This document shows positions 56,597 through 64,000 of a stretch of DNA of 64,000 nt, one piece after another. The stretch's first letter is position 1. Each line of letters starts with the position of its first letter. Under the pieces are notes generated by a model, which was given only the letters and a program-made list of their open reading frames with translations, was not told where the DNA came from and made no database searches. Made by a program: the position numbers and the translations under genes. Origin of the DNA: Eledone cirrhosa (taxonomy: Eukaryota); the NCBI GenBank assembly GCA_964016885.1, contig OZ024763.1:29636001-29700000 (forward strand), given 5' to 3'.

Positions 56597-58696
56597 TTAC
56601 CGTATTTTTGGTAGAGGAGGGATGGTTTTTACATCCCTTTTCACTTGATCGTCTGGTGAAGGGACCGTTGAATCGTCCCTTCGGCTGGTCGTCGGCTCTT
56701 CTAAGAGAATGTCTGAATATACTCTTCGATTAATGGTTCCTCCTAGGTCCCTGAAATCACCAACTGCGTTGGGGAATTTCGTTTTAATGTTTGTGTATTG
56801 TTTCTGTGCTATTTTTAGCAGTCTTATGTTAGTTGGCGTTTTGATTGGTGCTGGTATTATGTAGTCCTGTTGTGAAATGTCTGTGTGTTCAATTATGTAA
56901 GTCATTAGTTTCTTGTTGTGTGTGTTTATTGCCGTGCATTTGTTTTTCTGGGGGTGGGGTGTGGTTCTGCTATTTTCTTGTCGTTGTTGCTGGGTGTGTG
57001 TGTTTTGTTGCTGTGTTTGCGATGTTGGTGCTTGTGGTGGTGGTGTTGAAGGTGTTGTTGGCGGTGGGGTTGTCGCCGGTGGTGATGGTGGTGCTGGTGT
57101 GGGTGGTGATGGTGTTGGTGGTGTTGCTGCTGTGGGTCTCTTTGCAGTAGACTTTACCCTTTTCTCATTTCTTTCCTCCCTTTTCAAAGGCGACGATGCG
57201 CTGCTTCTGCGTTTGTGCCTTCTTGAGACCTTTTGCCATCCCTCTCCCACCTCACACTCCATGTCTGATTCTGTAAGGTCGGGGAGGGGTACCAGCTCCA
57301 CTCTTTCACTTGTTGTTGTTGGTGATGTTTGCACTGGAGTCTCTGTTGCAGCTTCATTTGGTATTGCTGTTGTTGTTGTTAATATTTCCACTGCTGCTGC
57401 TGTCTTTGATTTCCGTGGAGTGGGTATGGGTGCCACGGACCTATCGTTCCTGGTTGCCGCTTGTCCTGTTGCTGGTAGCCGTGGAACCGGATTCGGGAGG
57501 AGGGGGGTTTTCTCCTTTCTCAGGGTCTTCTCGTTGCAGAAGGCCCTGAGGTGAGTCTTCGATCCACAGCGAAAGCATTTCGGGCGTTTGCCCTCAACAC
57601 TTATGGGCAGTTGAGTGCCGTTATCGAAGTCTATCACATCCGGGATAGCTTCGATGCACTCCTGGTTGGTTTGGATTAGCATCTCAATGGAGGAGCCGAC
57701 CCAATCTTCTCTTACTTTTTTCTGTACTTGCAGTACAGTTGTTTTGTCCTCGATTCCGACGAGGACAGACGCGGCCAGCCAAGAAGGGGTCATTCCGGGG
57801 GGGACGTGGGTCAGTTTGACCCTCACAATTTTTTGCCCGCAGTAGGAGGGCACCAACACCATTTCCTCGCTCCTTAGGGTCACTACTGATTGGGCCTTTG
57901 CCTCCTGGGGTGTGGCAAAAAGTACGTCTACGGTGGCGTATTTTTTGCCTCGGGTGATGTGCGTTTTCCTCTGCCACACAGACCCCAAGGCTTTTTGTAT
58001 TTGGGCCTCTGTGGCTCTTTCCACCCTACGGGATTTTGTACTTACTGTACGGTACGTGACCGTACAGTGCTCTTGGGTTTCGAAAAAATTTTTCGCTGCC
58101 TTGCAGATTGCTCGGTGTCCGTTCTTTGTCACCATCTTCTTCGCTTCCTCTAATTCCTCATTTGTTATGAGGATTGTTTCCAGGTTTTTCGCAATACCTG
58201 CAAATGAGATTGGTTTTTCTCTGCTGTTGTTGTTGTCGTCAGAGCTGCTGGTACTTTTGTTGTTGCTGCAGGTACTACGACTACTGCCTCCGCCGCTGTT
58301 GCTGTGGTTGTTGTTGGTGTTGCTGCTGCTAATGCTGTTGTTGTTTATGCTGCTGGTGATGCTGTTGCGGCTGCTACTGTTGTTTTCATTGTCACTGTTG
58401 CTGTTGTTATTACGGCTGCTACTGCTATTATTCCTGACGTCAGACGAATGAACTGGGTTTTCGTATTTCCCGCACACCTGTTTCGTCGCTGTCGTCGTCG
58501 TCGTGGAGAAACCTTGCACGCTTTGCACGAGACTTTTCTTTTCTTTCGTCGCTTGCGAAAGAGAAGGTAGGGAGAGAGACACATTTAAAGAAGGGAGGGA
58601 GAGAGACAATCTTCTCTCTCCTGTAGTGATGATTGAGGAAGAAGAAGACGGAATGAGTGGGAGTGACGTATGAAATTTTTTTTTTTTGGTAGCCAT
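56597..58696 (-). CDS. Tx1-type ORF1 (gag-like) with CCHC zinc knuckle
   Basis: CFRCGSKTHLRAFC knuckle, SFAGIAK and WQKVSRR motifs, S/N- and P/T-rich linkers; first ATG (MATKKKK) at 58696. Confidence 0.85.
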   Translation of the reverse strand: MATKKKKFHTSLPLIPSSSSSIITTGERRLSLSLPSLNVSLSLPSLSQATKEKKSLVQSVQGFSTTTTTATKQVCGKYENPVHSSDVRNNSSSSRNNNSNSDNENNSSSRNSITSSINNNSISSSNTNNNHSNSGGGSSRSTCSNNKSTSSSDDNNNSREKPISFAGIAKNLETILITNEELEEAKKMVTKNGHRAICKAAKNFFETQEHCTVTYRTVSTKSRRVERATEAQIQKALGSVWQRKTHITRGKKYATVDVLFATPQEAKAQSVVTLRSEEMVLVPSYCGQKIVRVKLTHVPPGMTPSWLAASVLVGIEDKTTVLQVQKKVREDWVGSSIEMLIQTNQECIEAIPDVIDFDNGTQLPISVEGKRPKCFRCGSKTHLRAFCNEKTLRKEKTPLLPNPVPRLPATGQAATRNDRSVAPIPTPRKSKTAAAVEILTTTTAIPNEAATETPVQTSPTTTSERVELVPLPDLTESDMECEVGEGWQKVSRRHKRRSSASSPLKREERNEKRVKSTAKRPTAATPPTPSPPTPAPPSPPATTPPPTTPSTPPPQAPTSQTQQQNTHTQQQRQENSRTTPHPQKNKCTAINTHNKKLMTYIIEHTDISQQDYIIPAPIKTPTNIRLLKIAQKQYTNIKTKFPNAVGDFRDLGGTINRRVYSDILLEEPTTSRRDDSTVPSPDDQVKRDVKTIPPLPKIR

Positions 58697-59899
58697 GTTT
58701 TTTTGTTTAAAATGAAATTTTGGGTACAAAACCCCAATAACTGGCTATTTAACCCCGAAGGGCCAAATAACGGACAGAAAGACCCCTCTCACGAGGAGGA
58801 GGGTGTCTTTATCAACAATTTGGTTCAAGTTTTAAACAATTTACAATTGTTTTAACGGTTAAAAATTACTATACCTTACAGAGCCGAGCCTCCGTCAACC
58901 ATGGCATTCAATAATAATAATAATAATAATAAGAAGAAAGGGAAGAAGACGCACGAGGTGGTAGAACGTCACGAAATTGCTCCCGTAAGTTTTTTGATTT
59001 TTAACATATTTAAATCAATTGTGAAAGAACAATTCTTAGCACAAATGTTGCATAAAGGCACCGAATGAGGTCCCATAAAGTTTCGGATCCATATTATATT
59101 GTTGTATCCATATTATATTGTTGTATCGCTCAAATATTCAATTTTGTATGATATATTTTGTATTCAAAAAAAGAAAATGGTTATAAATGGAACAAAACAC
59201 CCTCTGTCTACACTATATAGAACAGCAGCAATTTCAATTTCACCAACACCAGAAACTTGATACACTACCTATCCCATCACACTAAATATAACGGCAACTT
59301 CACCGGCATCATAATAATAATTACTATTATTATTGTCTCAAATTTAAAAAAATGTTTAATTCAAATTTTACGGGAATATGTCAACACAAAATATAATGAA
59401 AATATATATTAAACATACGAACACAAACTCATAGATACTATAGCAGTAACCACAACACCACCGCTGCCACCATTCCACCACATCCATCATCGCCGCCACC
59501 ACTCATTCAATGCTACTGACACTATTCCCCTGTTAACTTGAGAGAGAAAAGGGAAGGTGGTGGTAGCACTAGACAAGAGAGAGGCTAGCAAAAGATATAA
59601 ATAGATTGACTTGGTGACCTTGCCACGGACAAACGTCTACATCAACAATTATGGGACTGCTGGCTCACCCCTTCCTCACCAACAATATAAAAAGCCCCGG
59701 CACCACCACCGACATAGCCAGCAGCAATAACAGCCAACTACAACAAAAAGTATATTATATTATTGTAATGCACTGGGTGATTGCTGGCCTTGTCCCTGGA
59801 GTGGAGACAATTATTAATAATTTCATTCTTAAGCCACGCAATGCTCACATTAAGGAACCACTCATGATAATAACAATTTAAAAAAAAACAACAAAAATA

Positions 59900-62800
59900 A
59901 AACCCCGTGACCAAGAAATACCGGGATGGCGGCCGGCGGGGAATAGCCATGTCTCTAGGGGAGAACGACCCCTCTAGTCTTGGTTGACACTCGTTCTAGA
60001 AGTGGTAACACGAAAAGATTACCCCTTGGCGGATAAGGATAAAACGCGACAAAATAAAGTAGATGTCTAATGATGAAATCTCATACCGGATCGGCCGTCA
60101 CCCGGGTAAAAAAGGGCCGCGTCCCTCAGAGAGGAACCAGACTGGGGTCGAAAAATCAGCTAATGGTTCAAACCTTCCCATCACTTCGGAGCTGGAGACC
60201 TCCCATAACCGGAATACTCCTACTGTTGGCCCTCCATGCTCACCACCAAGAAATCCAAAGAAAAAGAGAGAAAAATGGTCAAGGGAAGATAATAAAGAAG
60301 TCCTTGAGGCTTTCTATACTGCCATGTACTACCCATCAAATACATCGAATACAGAGCAAACATATATCAACTGGAAAAAGAAACATCCCGAAAACAGAGG
60401 CTATATTGACAGTAACAAACTAGCCAATATACGAAGAAATATTGTAAGAAAAAAGTTACTAACTGATATAGAAATTGATCAGATCAAGCTAGTAGCACAA
60501 AGTCAGCGAAGGGAAAATGAAGCACGTGTCAGTGAAAACGAGGTAAACTGTAACACTTCGTATCCCAGAGTTGGGGCGGAATCACTGGCAACAGAACAAA
60601 TTAAAGAAAGGAGCGAAAAAGTGGAGGGAGTGCATGCTCAGGATGAAACTCCAAATGAAAATAATGAGATCGTAAATGATAAAGAAATGAATGAGAATGA
60701 ACTTGCCAACTTGAAGGATGAAATTATGATCGAATGGATGAAAATGAAAGAAACTGACATGGGGGAACGAGACACCCTCCCTAAGATCCAGAACTCCAAA
60801 CAGAACCAAAAGATAATACACAAGACTAACATAATTCTCAAAAACATTATCATCACAAACAAAATAAACATTACTGACTTAAATCATCTCTATTATGCAT
60901 CGGCTAAAGTCACCACTCACTTATGTGGAGTGAAGATGAAAAAACAAAGGAATTCCCACAAGAAATCTACTTGGCAAGATAACATCAATCGCCAAATAAA
61001 CCTTCTCCGATCTGACATAGAAATTTTAACAAACTATAAAGTAGGTGAACATGTTAAACAAACTAAACTTAGAAAATTGAAAAAAAAGTACAGTATAAGA
61101 TCAACATGTGACATAGACATGCTGATAGAAACAATCAAGCAAAAAGTGTCGGCCAAAGCTGCTCGTATAAGGCGCTTTGAAAAACGATCTAGATTCTATA
61201 AGGACAATAATATGTTCAAAAACAACCAAAGAAACTTCTACAGAAAAATTGGTAAGTCAACAATAACTGCTAAATCAATACCACCCAAGGAGGAAGTGCA
61301 AGAATTCTGGGAAAAGATCTGGGCCGAAGAAAAAGTTCATAACATACATGCCCCATGGATAGACAGACAAATGAAAGAAACAGCTCACCTTGAAGAACAA
61401 ACATGGGAAAATATAACAGTTGAACAGCTGCGCTTGGCTCTAAGAAAAACCAGCAAATGGAAATCCCCAGGAAAAGACAAAATACAAAACTTTTGGATAA
61501 ATGCCTTCACAGAGTCTCATGAGCTGTTGGCCCAACTTTACAATGAAATAGTTAAGGAGCCAGAAAAGATACCATCATGGCTAGTTAACGGCATTACATT
61601 CCTGCTACCGAAGAATGATGAGACAAACAATCCCAAAAATTACAGACCGATAACCTGCTTGACCACAATGTATAAAATTTTAACATCAGTCCTAACTGAA
61701 TACACATATGACCACCTGATAACAAATGACCTATTTCCCATTGAGCAGAAAGGGTGTAAACGAGGCTCATATGGCTGTAAGGATCAGCTTCTGGTTAACA
61801 AAATGATACTGGAAGATTGTCATAATAGACACAAAAATCTATCGATTGCTTGGATAGATTATAAAAAAGCATTTGATAGTTTGCCACACAGTTGGATTGA
61901 AAAATGTTTAGAGATTTTCAAAATATCCCCCGTTGTCAGGAGGTTTTTGTCATTCAGTATGAGGACATGGAGAACGACACTCCTTTTGAATAGTGAAACA
62001 AAATCACTGGAAGCTGGAGAAGTTAACATTAATTGTGGAATTTTTCAGGGTGACTCTTTATCACCGCTTTTATTCTGCATCGCACTTATACCATTAAGTA
62101 AAATGCTCAATGAAACAAAACATGGATATAGAGTCTATGACAAAACCATTAATCACCTGTTCTACATGGATGACCTGAAACTATTCGCAAAAAATGATGA
62201 ACAATTGCAAGGGCTATTATCCACTGTGAAGCAGTTCAGTGATGACATTAAAATGGAGTTTGGACTGGATAAATGCGCCAAAGCAACGTTCACCAGAGGA
62301 AAGCTACTGAAGAGTTCAGACATTAATCTTGATCGGGGGAACGTGATAAGAGAGCTTGATCAAGAACAAACTTACAAATATCTAGGTGTTTGTGAAGGAG
62401 ACGGAATCAAGCACTCGACAATGAGGGAAAGGATAAGGAAGGAATGTTACCGCAGAGTCAGAGCAATCTTAAGAACGGAATTGAATGCAAGGAATAGGAT
62501 CGATGCCATAAACACGCTTGCCATACCAGTAGTAACCTACAGTTACAATGTCATCAACTGGTCAAGCACAGAGATCCGTAGGCTCGATACAAAAATCCGA
62601 AAATTCTTAACCATGCACAGAATGCATCACCCTAAGGCAGACATAGATAGAATATATCTCCCTAGGAAAGAAGGAGGACGTGGGTTAATCCAGTTAGACA
62701 TTGCGTTGAAAACTGCAACAATTGGATTATCCACATATCTAAGGGAATCACATGATTGGATGATCAAACTCGTTTTGAAACACGAAAGCACCAAAAGATC

Positions 62801-63853
62801 ATATTCCATTACAAAAGATGCACAAAGATACAGTAATGGACTACAAATTTCAGAAGTCCCATTTACTGCTGAAATGGAAAACACAGAAAAAGCAAAGCAG
62901 GTAAAAGTAACTGCAAAGAAAGAACTGCTACAGAAACTGGCTAAGAAATGGCAAGAAAAGCCTCTGTATGGAAAATACCCAGAGCGAGCTAACAATCCTG
63001 ATGTTGACAAAACTTTAACCCATCAGTGGTTGGCATCCTCTGGACTGAAATCGGAGACTGAAGGACTGATTATCTCCGCACAAGATCAGTGTCTGCCAAC
63101 AAAAAATTACCAAGCCAACATAATAAAAAATGGGTGCAGCCCATTATGCCGTGTATGCAAAAAACAACCAGAGACCATTGACCATATAATTTCAATGTGC
63201 AGTCCTATAGCTCCAACCGAATACCTAAACAGGCATGACAGAGCTGCACAATACATACATTGGATAATGTGTAAGCATTTTGACCTGCCCCATCAAAAGA
63301 ATTGGTGGGAGCATCAACCACTTCCCATACTTGAAAAAGATCACATCTCAATCTTGTGGAACTTTAGCATCCAAACAGACCGAAAAATAGATGCAAATAG
63401 ACCTGATATAATATTGAAGGACTTTCAAAGGAGGGTATGCCTGCTAATTGATATGTCTGTTCCAATAGACAAGAATGTATCTATAAAAACATTTGAAAAA
63501 TTGAGCAAGTATAAGGACCTGGAGATAGAAATTGGAAAAATGTGGAAATTGAGAACTAAAACAATACCAGTGGTTGTAGGCGCTCTGGGAATGATACCTA
63601 AGGGGTCTAACGACTACTTATCGCAAATCCCAGGAAACCCGCGTATAGGAGAAATACAAAAGATAGTACTAATGGGAACTGCCCATATACTAAGGAAGAT
63701 CCTGTCAATATAAGTACATCACAAGTCTAAACACTAAGGATGCATGTGTGAATATGTGTGTTCTTTCTTGAACATGGCGGACCTTGTTGTCTCTTGAGGT
63801 CACTGGTTGTGACTTGGTGATAACTCGTATAAACATAAAGCAAGATAAATGCA
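59900..63853 (+). mobile_element. R4/Dong-clade non-LTR retrotransposon (single ORF, RLE endonuclease); 5' boundary approximate
   Basis: Single long ORF, ~140-nt 3' UTR followed directly by (TAA)n at 63854-63890; GC-rich 5' leader. Confidence 0.9.
60063..63713 (+). CDS. RT plus CCHC plus restriction-like (PD-D/ExK) endonuclease, 1216 aa, intact
   Basis: KWS..DN..V...FY N-terminal motif; WKSPGKD, NYRPITCL, EQKGC, WIDYKKAFDS, GIFQGDSLSPLLF, HLFYMDDLK; CRVC...ETIDHIISMC, RHD, RPDI...LIDMSVP...KLSKY. Confidence 0.95.
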   Translation: MSNDEISYRIGRHPGKKGPRPSERNQTGVEKSANGSNLPITSELETSHNRNTPTVGPPCSPPRNPKKKREKWSREDNKEVLEAFYTAMYYPSNTSNTEQTYINWKKKHPENRGYIDSNKLANIRRNIVRKKLLTDIEIDQIKLVAQSQRRENEARVSENEVNCNTSYPRVGAESLATEQIKERSEKVEGVHAQDETPNENNEIVNDKEMNENELANLKDEIMIEWMKMKETDMGERDTLPKIQNSKQNQKIIHKTNIILKNIIITNKINITDLNHLYYASAKVTTHLCGVKMKKQRNSHKKSTWQDNINRQINLLRSDIEILTNYKVGEHVKQTKLRKLKKKYSIRSTCDIDMLIETIKQKVSAKAARIRRFEKRSRFYKDNNMFKNNQRNFYRKIGKSTITAKSIPPKEEVQEFWEKIWAEEKVHNIHAPWIDRQMKETAHLEEQTWENITVEQLRLALRKTSKWKSPGKDKIQNFWINAFTESHELLAQLYNEIVKEPEKIPSWLVNGITFLLPKNDETNNPKNYRPITCLTTMYKILTSVLTEYTYDHLITNDLFPIEQKGCKRGSYGCKDQLLVNKMILEDCHNRHKNLSIAWIDYKKAFDSLPHSWIEKCLEIFKISPVVRRFLSFSMRTWRTTLLLNSETKSLEAGEVNINCGIFQGDSLSPLLFCIALIPLSKMLNETKHGYRVYDKTINHLFYMDDLKLFAKNDEQLQGLLSTVKQFSDDIKMEFGLDKCAKATFTRGKLLKSSDINLDRGNVIRELDQEQTYKYLGVCEGDGIKHSTMRERIRKECYRRVRAILRTELNARNRIDAINTLAIPVVTYSYNVINWSSTEIRRLDTKIRKFLTMHRMHHPKADIDRIYLPRKEGGRGLIQLDIALKTATIGLSTYLRESHDWMIKLVLKHESTKRSYSITKDAQRYSNGLQISEVPFTAEMENTEKAKQVKVTAKKELLQKLAKKWQEKPLYGKYPERANNPDVDKTLTHQWLASSGLKSETEGLIISAQDQCLPTKNYQANIIKNGCSPLCRVCKKQPETIDHIISMCSPIAPTEYLNRHDRAAQYIHWIMCKHFDLPHQKNWWEHQPLPILEKDHISILWNFSIQTDRKIDANRPDIILKDFQRRVCLLIDMSVPIDKNVSIKTFEKLSKYKDLEIEIGKMWKLRTKTIPVVVGALGMIPKGSNDYLSQIPGNPRIGEIQKIVLMGTAHILRKILSI

Positions 63854-63890
<37 letters not shown>

Positions 63891-64000
63891 GTGAAAGTGA
63901 AACAAATGTAGAGGGTTTTGTACGATACAGCTATGTATGTGTTTGTTTATTGTGAGTCTGTGTGTATGACTGTGTATCGTTGCGTGTTTATGTGTATGTT

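Larger units (their letters stand above)
52880..58909 (-). mobile_element. Full-length L1/Tx1-type LINE inserted in an (AAT)n microsatellite
   Basis: Two intact ORFs 35 nt apart; AATAAA near the 3' end (52886-52891, minus); (AAT)n directly abuts both ends (52828-52879 and 58910-58932). Confidence 0.92.

Noticed and set aside
53469-56733. Alternative-frame and antisense ORFs inside the LINEs
   Set aside because: Shadow ORFs of GC-rich coding sequence with no motifs
59920-60045. HDV-like ribozyme in the Dong/R4 5' leader
   Set aside because: Several hairpins and a possible pseudoknot (ctagggg/cccctctag, agaacga/tcgttct), but they could not be fitted to the HDV topology by eye

Overview
Eukaryotic, extremely microsatellite-rich (TA, CA, GATA, AAT, GGT, CTT) non-genic DNA. 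The repeat repertoire suggests a cephalopod such as Octopus (inference). No host exon could be supported, and almost all ORFs in the track are translations of simple repeats. Real coding content is three non-LTR retrotransposons: a CR1/L2-group LINE (15.5-19.5 kb, +; CCCH ORF1, APE-RT ORF2 with two 1-nt indels), an intact L1/Tx1-type LINE in (AAT)n (52.9-58.9 kb, -), and an intact R4/Dong-type RT-RLE element ending in (TAA)n (59.9-63.9 kb, +). There are also tRNA-derived SINEs, an RTE-derived non-autonomous element and several minisatellites. Two signals stand out. (1) Several families of small non-coding 'hairpin + tail' elements sit in (TA)n and carry hammerhead ribozyme motifs (Penelope/retrozyme-like), one with a ~485-nt circularly permuted unit. 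(2) A tandem -1 slippery site (A AAU UUU UUA) is positioned to fuse ORF1 to the ORF2 of the CR1-like LINE, which has no ATG ahead of its first endonuclease motif.
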